Shown piece after piece: positions 1 to 9,939 of a stretch of 64,000 nt of DNA. The notes under the pieces were generated by a model. The model was not told the origin of the DNA, did no database searches, and worked only from the letters and a program-made list of their open reading frames with translations. This DNA is from an uncultured virus (IMG/VR IMGVR_UViG_3300031951_000023). Its lineage: Duplodnaviria > Heunggongvirae > Uroviricota > Caudoviricetes. Where the stretch lies: IMG/VR virus record IMGVR_UViG_3300031951_000023; one strand, 5' to 3'. The translations under genes and the position numbers were made by a program. How positions within the stretch are numbered: position 1 is the first letter of the stretch; every line of letters begins with the position of its first letter.

Positions 1-318
1 GACGATCTTAGCGTGCTGGCTAAGCATTTGAACATGCCTGAGCAAGAAGTTGCTATCAAGTATACAAACAATAATTTTGAAGACTTGCAGATACAAAGAA
101 AGACAAATGGTGAGTGCCCGTTCCTAGCCAACGGAACAACCTGTTCAGTATATGATGCTCAACCAAACCAATGTCGCTCCTATCCTTTTATGCGACTTAT
201 TGAAAACTCACAAGAAAACTGGAACAATATCACAAAAAAGTGCCCTGGAGCCAACCAAGGCACTTTGATAGACGCTAATGAGATTACGGCTAGAATAAAG
301 AAATCTATAAAGTTCTAA
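1..318 (+). CDS. YkgJ-like Cys-cluster (putative Zn/Fe-S) protein, probably 5'-truncated
   Basis: CPFL...CSVYDAQPNQCRSYPF...CPG motif; the frame is open to the window edge. Confidence 0.7.
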   Translation, partial: DDLSVLAKHLNMPEQEVAIKYTNNNFEDLQIQRKTNGECPFLANGTTCSVYDAQPNQCRSYPFMRLIENSQENWNNITKKCPGANQGTLIDANEITARIKKSIKF

Positions 319-329
319 GGAGCCGACAA

Positions 330-1283
330 ATGGCTATCATGACATCGCCGCCTCCAGACACTAGCACAACATCTAGCTCGTCAAGCTCTACCAGTACGAC
401 TACTACAACAACGACCACAACGACAACAACCACAACAACTACGACGACCACTACAACAGCTGGGCCGATAACAGCTGGCATAACGCTCAACACAGCAGAT
501 TCAGACGCTTCTGATCAAACTATTGTTTTGGACATCTCAGGCGTAACGATAGAAGCAAACGACAGCGTTGAGATTATTCTCGCGGCCAATGGAGTTCAGT
601 CAGCCCTAGATGGAAGCTACGTCGCGGCTGTTACGTTGGCTAACACAGACATAGAGAACGAGTACGGCTTGAAGCTGCACCTAGACGCTTTGAACTACAA
701 GAGCTACCCAGGCACAGGCTCAACCTGGTTTGATCTGAGTGAAAGCGGTAATAACGCTACTATTTACAACGGAACTTTTGTTACCACTAACTACGGAGGA
801 ATAAGCTTTAGTGGTAGTAGCAGCAGCTACGCTGAAATTGCAAATAATTCTTTAGTGACTGGGCAGTTTACTATAGTTGTAGCTATAACTTTAAATAATA
901 CCACTGGTGGCAACATCATAGGCAACTACGGTGTCGGCTATACTAGCAATACTCTTCAACTAAACAATATTGGAGGGCTGTATTTAAACTCGTACACGCC
1001 TAACTGGTCTACTAACTTAACTGCTTCAACGTTTATAATTGCGGCTACTAGAGACGCTTCAAACAACACAAAGCTCTATAAAAACGGAACATTGAATGCT
1101 AGTTCTACCAACACTGCTACCATATCAACTGGTCAGAACTGGAGACTGGCCGCTGACGTCGGTAGCGGAGCAGAGCCTTTAAACGCCACATTCTATATGG
1201 TAAGGGTTTACGACAAAGCCCTCTCTTCCACAGGCATATCCAATCTGTATAATCGTCTCAAAGGTCGGTACGGTCTGACATAG
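330..1283 (+). CDS. Ser/Thr-rich protein with C-terminal LamG/concanavalin-like domain (virion surface or fibre-like)
   Basis: Run of about 30 S/T residues; LHLDA..SYPGTGSTWFDLS..GNNAT and VRVYDKALS..I..LY LamG signature; GGAG RBS. Confidence 0.75.
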   Translation: MAIMTSPPPDTSTTSSSSSSTSTTTTTTTTTTTTTTTTTTTTTAGPITAGITLNTADSDASDQTIVLDISGVTIEANDSVEIILAANGVQSALDGSYVAAVTLANTDIENEYGLKLHLDALNYKSYPGTGSTWFDLSESGNNATIYNGTFVTTNYGGISFSGSSSSYAEIANNSLVTGQFTIVVAITLNNTTGGNIIGNYGVGYTSNTLQLNNIGGLYLNSYTPNWSTNLTASTFIIAATRDASNNTKLYKNGTLNASSTNTATISTGQNWRLAADVGSGAEPLNATFYMVRVYDKALSSTGISNLYNRLKGRYGLT

Positions 1284-1293
1284 AAAGGCTGTC

Positions 1294-2166
1294 ATGTCCC
1301 CCAAGCTCACTATCGGCATGGCTAACTGGGATGACCCAGAAGGCGCGTTCTGGACCCTCACTTCCATACGCCAGTACCACGTCAAAGCAGAAAGAACAGA
1401 CGTAGAGCTTCTTGTCATAGACGACATGCCTGAGAAGCAGCAAGACCTAGAAAACGTGTGCAACAACTCTGGAGCCAGGTACGTTCACCACTCCAAGAAC
1501 AAAGGTCCAGCACACGCCAAAGATTCTGTGTGGGAACACGCCAAAGGCGACTATGTTCTTCTAGTAGACAGTCATGTTCTGCTAGCTCCATGTTCTGTGC
1601 AATACATCATCGACGCTATCGACAGCGACCTAATAGGCAAAGACCTTTGGACAGGTCCGTTGCTGAACGAGCGTGGTCACATGATCGCGTCTGAGCTGCT
1701 ACCAGAATGGCGCGGAGACTTCTTTGGCGTATGGCACACAGACCCAGAACTGCCAAAGATAAAGATCAAAGAGATTGAAGGACATGGCTCTGCTTACACG
1801 CTTATGAAGCGTGAACACTATCCATACTTTAGCAAGCACTTTAAAGGTTTTAGCGCAGAAGAGCTTTACTTACATCAAAAAGTGAGGAATAATGGAGGTA
1901 AGTGTTACGTTCATTTAGACCTAGGCTGGGTTCATAGGTTTTACAGGTCAAAACCAATCACCTATGCTTTAACCCTTAATGATAAGTTTCATAATTACCT
2001 CGTAGCTTCTTACGAGATGGGCTGGAGCATTAAACAATGTTGTGATTATTTTAAAAGAAAGTTACCAGCTGATCAGTGCGAAGAAGTTTTGAACGGAATT
2101 AAACTTATATTTCCAAGCATTGATTTTGATGATGATTCTGGAAAGAGGCACAAAGTACATGACTGA
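1294..2166 (+). CDS. Glycosyltransferase family 2
   Basis: LTIGMA..D, ELLVIDD, NKGPAHAK, GDYVLLVDSH (DxH), GFSAEE motifs. Confidence 0.8.
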   Translation: MSPKLTIGMANWDDPEGAFWTLTSIRQYHVKAERTDVELLVIDDMPEKQQDLENVCNNSGARYVHHSKNKGPAHAKDSVWEHAKGDYVLLVDSHVLLAPCSVQYIIDAIDSDLIGKDLWTGPLLNERGHMIASELLPEWRGDFFGVWHTDPELPKIKIKEIEGHGSAYTLMKREHYPYFSKHFKGFSAEELYLHQKVRNNGGKCYVHLDLGWVHRFYRSKPITYALTLNDKFHNYLVASYEMGWSIKQCCDYFKRKLPADQCEEVLNGIKLIFPSIDFDDDSGKRHKVHD

Positions 2167-2921
2167 TAAAGAAAAACAAAGAGAGTACAATAGAAAATAC
2201 AGAGAAGCTAATAAGGAAAAATTTAAAGAATACAGTAAAAAGTACAGAGAGAAACACGCGGAAAAACTTAAAGAGGTTTGGCGTTTAAACGCTAAACGCT
2301 ATTATCAAGAAAATTTAGAAGAATGCAGGCTTAAAAATAAAGAAAGGGGTAGAGCTAACTATATTAAAAACAAACAAAAAATATTAAAACAAAACTCTGA
2401 TTGGCAAAAAGCAAATCCAGATAAAATGCGAGCCTATAGGCGGAAATGGATTGAAAACAACAAAGAAAAAAATGCTCAAAGTAAGAAAGACTGGGTTAAC
2501 AATAATCCAAAAAAGTATAAAGAATCACGTAAAAAAGAGGCTGACAGAAGAAGATCAGACCCTCACTTAAAAATAAAGCAAGTTGTTTCTGCTTTGATGC
2601 GTGTAGCTCTTAAAAAACAGAGCGTCTCTAAAACAACAAAAACAGCAACTCTTTTAGGTTGCTCTGTACAAGAGTACAAGCTTTATTTAGAAAATCTATT
2701 TGAGTCCTGGATGACCTGGGACAATCATGGAAGCCATAGGCCTGACGGCGTTAGACGCTGGAACATAGACCATATAGTTCCTTTGAGCCATTTTGATTTA
2801 ACAGACCCTGAAAAGCAAAAGGTAGCTTTTCACTACACTAACACTAGGCCTCTTGAGGCGTTTAAAAACATAAGTGAAGGCAACAGAAGACCCAGACCAG
2901 AAAGGCACAAAGAACATGACT
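2146..2921 (+). repeat. 19-bp direct repeat (AGGCACAAAG[T/A]ACATGACT) at 2146-2164 and 2903-2921, flanking the HNH gene
   Basis: 18/19 identical, read directly from the sequence. Confidence 0.85.
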
Positions 2922-2923
2922 AG
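2159..2923 (+). CDS. HNH homing-type endonuclease with K/E/R-rich helical repeats
   Basis: LGCS..E...YLE..F..WMTWDNHG...WNIDHIVPLS.FDL...HYTNTRPL...N motif; ATG at 2159 overlaps the upstream stop. Confidence 0.8.
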   Translation: MTDKEKQREYNRKYREANKEKFKEYSKKYREKHAEKLKEVWRLNAKRYYQENLEECRLKNKERGRANYIKNKQKILKQNSDWQKANPDKMRAYRRKWIENNKEKNAQSKKDWVNNNPKKYKESRKKEADRRRSDPHLKIKQVVSALMRVALKKQSVSKTTKTATLLGCSVQEYKLYLENLFESWMTWDNHGSHRPDGVRRWNIDHIVPLSHFDLTDPEKQKVAFHYTNTRPLEAFKNISEGNRRPRPERHKEHD

Positions 2924-3020
2924 CATAGAAGGCATAGCTACAATCTTGGTTATGCTATTTTGCGCTTTTGGTTTTGCAGCTGTATACTTTGCCTACGAAA
3001 AGCCAAAGTGCGATGAATAG
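2916..3020 (+). CDS. Small membrane peptide (34 aa, MTSIEGIATILVMLFCAF...)
   Basis: Hand translation; one hydrophobic helix; ATG overlaps the HNH stop. Confidence 0.5.
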   Translation: MTSIEGIATILVMLFCAFGFAAVYFAYEKPKCDE

Positions 3021-3088
3021 CTTTTTTGTTCCGTTTACCCTATAAACAAAGCCAAATGATTGATTTACTGAATAGCTTTTTGAGGTTT

Positions 3089-3193
3089 ATGTTGTACTCA
3101 GAGTTTTTCATGTATTTCTTTCTCGTATCTTTTGTGCTTGTAGGCGTTACGTTAATCGTGGGATTTCTTACCGACAAGACTGAAGGGAAGTGA
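3089..3193 (+). CDS. Small membrane peptide (34 aa, MLYSEFFMYFFLVSF...)
   Basis: Hand translation; GAGGT RBS; one hydrophobic helix. Confidence 0.5.
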   Translation: MLYSEFFMYFFLVSFVLVGVTLIVGFLTDKTEGK

Positions 3194-3196
3194 CTC

Positions 3197-5701
3197 GTGT
3201 ATCCTCAAAGGTTTGGTCCTAAAAAAGTATTTCACGTTGTTGGCTTACCTCACGCTCAAACAAATAAAAATTTTGTTTATTGCGCTTTTAACGCAAGAAT
3301 AATAAATTTTTGCAAAGCCATGATGTCGCTAGGACACACGGTTTACCTTTACTCACCAGAAAACAACACAGCTGAATGTACAGAGCATATTCCTGTAATG
3401 ACAGAGGAGGAACAGAAGAAAACTCTTGGCGTAGAGAAGTTGGTTCCTCTGACTCCTTACGTGTTTTGGCCTGGCTGTAAACCCGCCTTTAGCCTGTTCA
3501 ACAAAAGAGTCATAGAAGGAATAAAGAAAAGGCAGTCCAAAAAAGACTTTATTTGCATAATCGGCGGCTCTTCTCAAAAAGAGATAGCTGATTTTTTTCC
3601 AAGCCTTTTGACTGTTGAATATGGTATTGGATACAGCGGGACTTTTGCCACATTTAGAATTTTTGATTCTTACGCTTGGATGCACACTCTCTACGGAGCT
3701 CAGGGAGGAAGAGGAGACGCGTCAGACGTTGACGGTAAATATTTTGATTGCGCAATAGGTAGTCTATACGACCCAGCCGATTTTGATTTCAGCGCCGAGA
3801 AGGACGACTACTACCTTTATATAGGTAGGCTCACTCCCAGAAAAGGAATACAAATTCCAGCAGATGTTTGCAAGCATCTCGGTGCCAGGCTTTTAATAGC
3901 TGGCGCTGAAGGTCCTCCAATGAACTACGGAGAGTATGTAGGAGTTGTAGGCGTCAAAGAAAGAAATGAGCTTATGCGAAAAGCAAAAGCTCTGTTTGTG
4001 CCAACTCAGTACATAGAGCCTTTTGGAGGTGTTCACGCGGAAGCAGCTATGTGCGGAACACCAGTCATAACCACAGATTGGGGAGTTTTTACTGAAACCG
4101 TTATCCACGGCGTTACAGGATACAGGTGTAGGACCATAGGAGAATACGTTCAAGCGGCTAAAAATGTACACAGGCTTGATCCATTTAAAATACACCAGTA
4201 CGCGTTAGACAATTTTTCCATAGACAGAGTCAGGTGGCAGTACGAAGCTTATTTTGACCAGATGCTAGAACTTTGGGGCGACGGGTTTTACTCTCTAAGC
4301 GAGACTCCTTACAACAGGTATGGAAAACTAATAGATTCTACTTTTCCTAAAGAAGACGCTTTTAAAACAACAGACTTGCCTATGGTGAGTTGCTGGTGCG
4401 CGGCTTACGGTAGAGTCAGCTGTCTTGAAGAAGCTATAGAATCGTTTTTAAGGCAAGACTACAAAGGACCTAAAGAGTTAGTGATCCTAAACGATTACGA
4501 GGGACAAGAGCTATATTTTGATCATCCTGAGGTAAGAATAATAAACGTAAAAGAGCATATAGTTCCTTTGGGTAAAAAATTCAATGAAACAATAAAGTAT
4601 TGCAAGGGAGATATTTTGTTTTGTTGGGACGATGACGATATTTTTCTACCTCACAGAATTTCTTATTGCGTAAAGAAAATGAAGAATGGAGTTTTCCACA
4701 CTAGAAACATTTTGACTGAAAGCTCGGAAGGAGTTTTTGAAGTACCTAAGGTAGACATGGCCAATCAGTGGCCTATAGCTCATCCAACTCACGCCTACAC
4801 AAGAGAACTGTTTGATTCAGTAGGAGGATTTACAGAATCAGACTGGGTAGGAGTAGACCAGCTCTTCATGCGAAAAGTTGCCGAGAAGCTAGGAGGGCAT
4901 TACGACCAGGAGGTAAGGCCTGAAGACATGTTTATAGTCTATAGGTTCGGCAGCACTGGGTTTTACAACACGTCTGCCTGCGACATAATGACTGAGAATG
5001 TAAGCCAGCTGGCAGCTAAAAAACTTGAAAGTAATGTTAAAGAGGGTAAGATTCCTCTAGGTAAGATTGTACTTAAACCTAAATGGAAAAAGGATTACGT
5101 TAAAATTATGCAAGATCACACCAAGCCTAAAATGAATCACATCTATGGAGAGCCTCAGTTTGGAGAGAACTGGTTTAGCTATCCTGGACTGTACTCAGGT
5201 TTTGTAAGAGACTGTCCTGAAGGAGGTAAGATAGTAGAAGTAGGTAGTTGGAAAGGAAAGTCTACGGCTTATCTTGGCGTAGAGGTAGTAAACTCAAATA
5301 AAAATATACAAGTGTATGCTGTAGACACTTGGTTAGGCTCTAACGAAGCTGCGCATATAAATGATCAGTACGTAAAAGAAAACAAGCTATACGAGTTGTT
5401 CTTGTCTAACATGGCTCCTGTAAACAAGGGTCGTGAGGTAGTTAAGCCTATTAGAATGAAATCTGTAGAAGCGGCTAATATGTTTGAAGATAACAGTGTG
5501 GACTTTATTTTTATAGACGCTTCTCATGAATACGAAGATGTCAAAGCAGACATAGCCGCGTGGCTGCCTAAGGTTAAACCTGGAGGAGTCTTGGCAGGTC
5601 ACGACTGGAACTGGCCTGAAGTACAAAGAGCTGTAGTAGATAGTTTACCTAAAGCAGTGTCTGCTGGAGAGCTTTGCTGGATTTACAAGCTAGAAGCTTA
5701 A
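3197..5701 (+). CDS. Fusion of GT4 glycosyltransferase, GT2 glycosyltransferase and class I SAM methyltransferase (Methyltransf_24-like)
   Basis: GRLTPRKG and EPFGGVHAEAAMCGTPVI (GT4); VSCWCAAYGR...WDDDD (GT2); VEVGSWKGKS...FIFIDASHEYE...GGVLAGHD (MTase). Confidence 0.85.
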   Translation: MYPQRFGPKKVFHVVGLPHAQTNKNFVYCAFNARIINFCKAMMSLGHTVYLYSPENNTAECTEHIPVMTEEEQKKTLGVEKLVPLTPYVFWPGCKPAFSLFNKRVIEGIKKRQSKKDFICIIGGSSQKEIADFFPSLLTVEYGIGYSGTFATFRIFDSYAWMHTLYGAQGGRGDASDVDGKYFDCAIGSLYDPADFDFSAEKDDYYLYIGRLTPRKGIQIPADVCKHLGARLLIAGAEGPPMNYGEYVGVVGVKERNELMRKAKALFVPTQYIEPFGGVHAEAAMCGTPVITTDWGVFTETVIHGVTGYRCRTIGEYVQAAKNVHRLDPFKIHQYALDNFSIDRVRWQYEAYFDQMLELWGDGFYSLSETPYNRYGKLIDSTFPKEDAFKTTDLPMVSCWCAAYGRVSCLEEAIESFLRQDYKGPKELVILNDYEGQELYFDHPEVRIINVKEHIVPLGKKFNETIKYCKGDILFCWDDDDIFLPHRISYCVKKMKNGVFHTRNILTESSEGVFEVPKVDMANQWPIAHPTHAYTRELFDSVGGFTESDWVGVDQLFMRKVAEKLGGHYDQEVRPEDMFIVYRFGSTGFYNTSACDIMTENVSQLAAKKLESNVKEGKIPLGKIVLKPKWKKDYVKIMQDHTKPKMNHIYGEPQFGENWFSYPGLYSGFVRDCPEGGKIVEVGSWKGKSTAYLGVEVVNSNKNIQVYAVDTWLGSNEAAHINDQYVKENKLYELFLSNMAPVNKGREVVKPIRMKSVEAANMFEDNSVDFIFIDASHEYEDVKADIAAWLPKVKPGGVLAGHDWNWPEVQRAVVDSLPKAVSAGELCWIYKLEA

Positions 5702-5715
5702 AAAGAAAGATACAC

Positions 5716-6447
5716 ATGACCCCTAATTTAGTTAGCTGTTATTGCCCTACTTACGGCAGAGTTCACTGTTTGGAAGAAGCCGTAGAGTCTTTTTTAAAGC
5801 AAGACTACAAGGGACCAAAAGAGTTAGTCATTTTAAATGACTACGAAAATCAAACTATACGTTTTGATCATCCTGATATAAAGGTATACAACACGCCTTA
5901 TAGAATAAAACCGTTAGGAGCTAAGTTCAACGCTACAGTAAAGATGTGTTCAGGAGACGTTTTGTTTTGCTGGGAAGACGACGACATTTATTTGCCTAAT
6001 AGAATCTCTTACACCTTAGCTAACATGAAAAACGGCATATTCCATACTGGAGACGGATTTTTTGAGAACGCGGTAAATAACATAAAACCAGCTTCAAACG
6101 TTTTCCACGCCACCCACGCTTTCACTAAAACTTTGTTTGATGCTATAGGCGGTTATCCAGAAAAGGATCAATGCGACGTTGATGTAAAGATAATGGAAAA
6201 ATTTAGAGAAGCCGTAGGAGGGCATTACTCTGTCAAAGTTCCTGTAGAAGATAGGTTTTACATATACAGGTGGTCAACTGTTAATTCTTATCACGGTTCT
6301 GGCTGGGGTCCGCAAAAAACTGATGTAAGCTTAGCTGTTGAGTCCATAGTCGAAAGTCAACGCACTAGAAAAATAATTCCTTCAGGCGAAATTGTTCTAA
6401 AACCCAGATGGAGCTACGACTACATGAGCTCAGTAAAATCTTTTTGA
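5716..6447 (+). CDS. Glycosyltransferase family 2 (paralog of the middle domain of the upstream gene)
   Basis: VSCYCPTYGRVHCLEEAVESFLKQDYKGPKELVILND...WEDDD. Confidence 0.85.
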   Translation: MTPNLVSCYCPTYGRVHCLEEAVESFLKQDYKGPKELVILNDYENQTIRFDHPDIKVYNTPYRIKPLGAKFNATVKMCSGDVLFCWEDDDIYLPNRISYTLANMKNGIFHTGDGFFENAVNNIKPASNVFHATHAFTKTLFDAIGGYPEKDQCDVDVKIMEKFREAVGGHYSVKVPVEDRFYIYRWSTVNSYHGSGWGPQKTDVSLAVESIVESQRTRKIIPSGEIVLKPRWSYDYMSSVKSF

Positions 6448-6457
6448 AAGGCTTGAT

Positions 6458-7300
6458 ATGTCTGTTCCTTTTGATTTGGCAACAGGTTTTGATAGCGGCG
6501 GATTTGCTTTTCCAAAACCTTGTCTAAACCGTTGTTTTAACTACAAGTTACCTAATAACCTTAGTAATTTTACTTTGGCTGTTCACGTAACTTATTGGCA
6601 CTCAGAAAAAAGATTTAAATACGTCAACGAGTTAATAAAAAGTTTGAACTCTTTGTCTTGTAAAACTCAGGTATTCGTTCACACGAACAATTTAAAATTA
6701 AAACTACACTATCCCGCGCTGGTAGTTTTTCATGATATGACTGGCCAAGACGGGCATACGCTCTCTTGGAAGCACAGGCCTATAATGGCTTCCACGTACA
6801 TAAACTACGATGCTGTGATGTATATCGAAGACGACATTCTGTTTAATCAGAATAACCTGGAGTATTGGTACTCAAACCATTCTTTGTGCAGCAGACACGG
6901 TTACAACTTAGGGTTTTTAAGAATAGAGTATGACAGAGATAAAGCTTATTGCACGGACATTTCACCTAAGTTTAGTAAATGTCAGCCTCTTCCCAAAGAA
7001 GTAAACTTAGATAACGAATTATTTTATCTAAACGACAATAACTTTTACTCCGGGCTATGGATACTAGACCAAGAAGAATTTGAATGGTTTTCTGCCCAGG
7101 CTTATTTCGACTTAAACATTTGTCCTTATTACTTTGGTTACAAAAGAGAAGCTGCGGCTGTTGGCGCTATACCTATGTTTAAAGGAACGTTGCTTAAAGA
7201 TGATATCAAAGGACAAACAGTTCACCACATGCCTAACAACTATATAAACTACAAAGATTATTGTAAAATTTCACCAGAAGAACTTTACAGAAAACAGTAG
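6458..7300 (+). CDS. Putative glycosyltransferase-like protein
   Basis: YDAVMYIEDDILF (DxD-like) motif; position in the GT cluster. Confidence 0.55.
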   Translation: MSVPFDLATGFDSGGFAFPKPCLNRCFNYKLPNNLSNFTLAVHVTYWHSEKRFKYVNELIKSLNSLSCKTQVFVHTNNLKLKLHYPALVVFHDMTGQDGHTLSWKHRPIMASTYINYDAVMYIEDDILFNQNNLEYWYSNHSLCSRHGYNLGFLRIEYDRDKAYCTDISPKFSKCQPLPKEVNLDNELFYLNDNNFYSGLWILDQEEFEWFSAQAYFDLNICPYYFGYKREAAAVGAIPMFKGTLLKDDIKGQTVHHMPNNYINYKDYCKISPEELYRKQ

Positions 7301-7333
7301 GCATTTAATTTTTAAACAGGCTAGGAGAGAATC

Positions 7334-7591
7334 ATGCCTAGTGTTGACGCCAAGACAGTTACGCGTATGGCCATTCTTATGGCAATAATATTTTTACTGG
7401 TTTACGATTTTTTCGCAGTATATAGATTTGGATTTGAAGGCACTATAAGCACAGTAGTCTATTCAATGTCCAAAGAGTACCCTGTGGTATCATTCATGGC
7501 TGGCTTAGTTTGTGGTCATTTATTTTGGGGTCAAGAACAAGGGGCTAAAAGTGGAAACTCAAAACTGGATAACGATAAGCAAAATAAATGA
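7334..7591 (+). CDS. Small two-TM membrane protein (possibly holin-like)
   Basis: Two hydrophobic segments, charged C-terminal tail, AGGAG RBS. Confidence 0.5.
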   Translation: MPSVDAKTVTRMAILMAIIFLLVYDFFAVYRFGFEGTISTVVYSMSKEYPVVSFMAGLVCGHLFWGQEQGAKSGNSKLDNDKQNK

Positions 7592-8039
7592 CAGCAGAGG
7601 TTTTGTTGAAAAGATAGAGCTTACCGAAGGAATAAAGGCGGCATACGATTTTGATGGCGTAATCTGCGAGGATTGCCCTAAAGGTATTCCTAACGACAAA
7701 GAAAAATATATCAAGTTTTTAAGAACAGCTAAACCTTTATACCTACCGCATACTTCACAAATTCCAATGATAATAACAGGAAGACACGAGCAGTATCGTA
7801 AGGTTACTATGGACTGGCTTGAAGAACACGGACTTTCTGTTGATCCCAAGAAACTAATAATGAGGCCTTTTGAAAAAGACGACAACATATGGGTAGAGCA
7901 GGTGTCTTTGTTCAAGGGAGGTCTGTACAAGATATCTAACTTTAATTTGTTTATAGAAAGTTCTTTAGCTCAATCTGAAAGAATAAAAGATATTTCAAAG
8001 AAGCCTGTCTTTTGCCCCTCATTTGGAATGTTGCCTTAG
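7551..8039 (+). CDS. HAD-superfamily phosphatase-like protein
   Basis: YDFDGVICED (DxDG) and IITGR motifs; start codon uncertain. Confidence 0.7.
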   Translation: METQNWITISKINDSRGFVEKIELTEGIKAAYDFDGVICEDCPKGIPNDKEKYIKFLRTAKPLYLPHTSQIPMIITGRHEQYRKVTMDWLEEHGLSVDPKKLIMRPFEKDDNIWVEQVSLFKGGLYKISNFNLFIESSLAQSERIKDISKKPVFCPSFGMLP

Positions 8040-8085
8040 TTGTTACGTTAGGGTATTATTAAAAATGTCCTATGGAGATTAGGCC

Positions 8086-8616
8086 ATGGACTCTTTCGAT
8101 ATCTGGGCTCATTGCGAAAAAGAACTAGAGACTAAGCTCGGAAGACTTAGGAACATTCAAGTTTTAGAAGTATACTTGGGGCCTTGGTGGTGGTATTTGC
8201 GATACGGGGCTAAGGTCAGGTTCAAGAAAAACAAACTAAAGTTAGCTATAGGCCCCGTGGCTGACTGGATTCGCGCTTCTAAGGAGGATAACGCTATGTT
8301 GATTCTTACAGATAGCCAGAAGGTTTCTTTGTCAATCAAGCCTGTAACTAAGGCTGGAAATCCTGCCGCTATAGACGGACTTCCAGTCTGGAGTCTTGGT
8401 TGTGAAGACCATTTAAAGCTTGAAGTGTCTGAGGACGGCCTAAGCGCTGTAGTAAGTTCTCTTGGCAAGCTTGGCGTTTGCCAAGTAAATGTTTCAGCCG
8501 ACGCAGATCTTGGCGAGGGCGTTGAGACAATTACTGGCGTTATTGATATTGAAGTTAAAGCCGGTAAAGCTGTAAATGTTGGAATTGACGCCGGCTCTCC
8601 TGAAGAGATTGGCTAA
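8086..8616 (+). CDS. Hypothetical protein with Ig-like C-terminal domain (strong in-frame alternative start at 8296)
   Basis: Beta-strand-rich domain from MLILTDSQKV; AAGGAGGA precedes the ATG at 8296. Confidence 0.55.
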   Translation: MDSFDIWAHCEKELETKLGRLRNIQVLEVYLGPWWWYLRYGAKVRFKKNKLKLAIGPVADWIRASKEDNAMLILTDSQKVSLSIKPVTKAGNPAAIDGLPVWSLGCEDHLKLEVSEDGLSAVVSSLGKLGVCQVNVSADADLGEGVETITGVIDIEVKAGKAVNVGIDAGSPEEIG

Positions 8617-8654
8617 CGTAAGCTGGTTGGATCTTGGCGGGTAAAACCAGTTTG

Positions 8655-8689
8655 GCCAGGCAGTGGTTCAACCCGCTGCCTGGCTTTTT
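8655..8689 (+). terminator. Rho-independent terminator
   Basis: GCCAGGCAGTGG / CCGCTGCCTGGC stem followed by T5. Confidence 0.75.
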
Positions 8690-8705
8690 AATTAGGAGCA
8701 TTAAA

Positions 8706-8906
8706 ATGGAAGCTATAGAAGAGTTACTAATTTTTTACATCAACCACTCTAGTGCTAAAAGCAGCACTGGACTTGTTAATGGCTTAAAGATAGTGTCCAT
8801 GCACTACAACGAGATTATTCAAATAGTTAGATGGACATTCCCTTGCGTGGTTATGCTATGTGTATTATTGTGTTTATTGTTTGAAACTAATAAGAGAACG
8901 GAGTGA
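8706..8906 (+). CDS. Small membrane protein
   Basis: AGGAG RBS; C-terminal hydrophobic helix. Confidence 0.5.
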   Translation: MEAIEELLIFYINHSSAKSSTGLVNGLKIVSMHYNEIIQIVRWTFPCVVMLCVLLCLLFETNKRTE

Positions 8907-9696
8907 CAGTATGTTTTTTGCATTGCTAGTTCTTGCTATGAGCCAGGCTCCAGCTCCTAAGGTAGAGCTGCCTACCACCTTCTCCGGAGAGCCTGGTAAC
9001 TTCATTACCATCTTGCCAACAACTAACGGCAAAACAGTAAAGTACGTATACCTAGATAAAGGCCTGAACGTATTCCCTTCTGCTCTACTCGCCAACCCTG
9101 TAGCCACAGTGGTTACAGCTCCTAAAGGCAAGTACCGTTTGTTGGCTTACACGGCTCTTGGAGATGTGCCTTCAGAGCCTTCTATGACAATCATCAATGT
9201 CGGCGGCGTACCGGACAACGCGCCGTTTGGTCCGTTTAACCCAGCTCCACTTCCTCCAGCCCCCGTACCCCCGACTCCTGTTCCTCCTACTCCTCCTGGG
9301 CCTATGCCCCCAAACCCTCCTCAGCCAGACGCCTTGGAAAGTGCTTTGCAAAACATTTATGGAGGGTTGAAAGACCAAGAGAGAGGAGCAGCAGAAAAGA
9401 TAGCCAAGCTGGCAGCCATATACAGAGAAGGCGCTAGGGCTGCTGACAATACAGACACTGACCCAAGCACAGGAAAGCCCTACTTCAACACTGTTGGAGA
9501 TGTGTACAAGCGCGTAAATACACTTGGGGCAGCTGAGCTAACAGGCACGGACATATACGATATTCGTGATCGCATCCGTGTAGAGCTAAACTCTGCCCTA
9601 CCTAAAAACGCTACTATCGTTCTAGACGCTAACGTTCGTAAGAACCTGTCTAGCCAGTTTAGCCGTATAGCCAACATCTTGGAGAACTTGAAATGA
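8891..9696 (+). CDS. Signal-peptide protein with central Pro-rich linker
   Basis: MFFALLVLAMSQA leader; PAPLPPAPVPPTPVPPTPP repeat; GGAG RBS. Confidence 0.7.
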
Positions 9697-9923
9697 GCGA
9701 GTGCTGCAAGACACTACTTCTTGATCTAGCCAAGAAGATCAACGAAGTTTCTGAAAAGGACATGGAGCCAGTTGAAGGCGTTGACATGTCAAACGGCCCT
9801 CCTCCTTTGACTGAAACACAATTTGGCATGATGCAGGCTTACTTTAAAGTCGCTCAGATAATCGAAGAACTGGGTGGCGACGACAAAAGGTTCACAGGGC
9901 TGTCTCTGAAAAAGAACCGATAA
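9693..9923 (+). CDS. Hypothetical protein (paralog of 9940-10140)
   Basis: ATGA translational coupling; shared QFxMxxAY motif. Confidence 0.6.
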   Translation: MSECCKTLLLDLAKKINEVSEKDMEPVEGVDMSNGPPPLTETQFGMMQAYFKVAQIIEELGGDDKRFTGLSLKKNR

Positions 9924-9939
9924 AGCTACGAGGTGAAGT

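Noticed and set aside
305..493. Poly-Val ORF on the - strand
   Set aside because: Antisense shadow of the poly-Thr codons.
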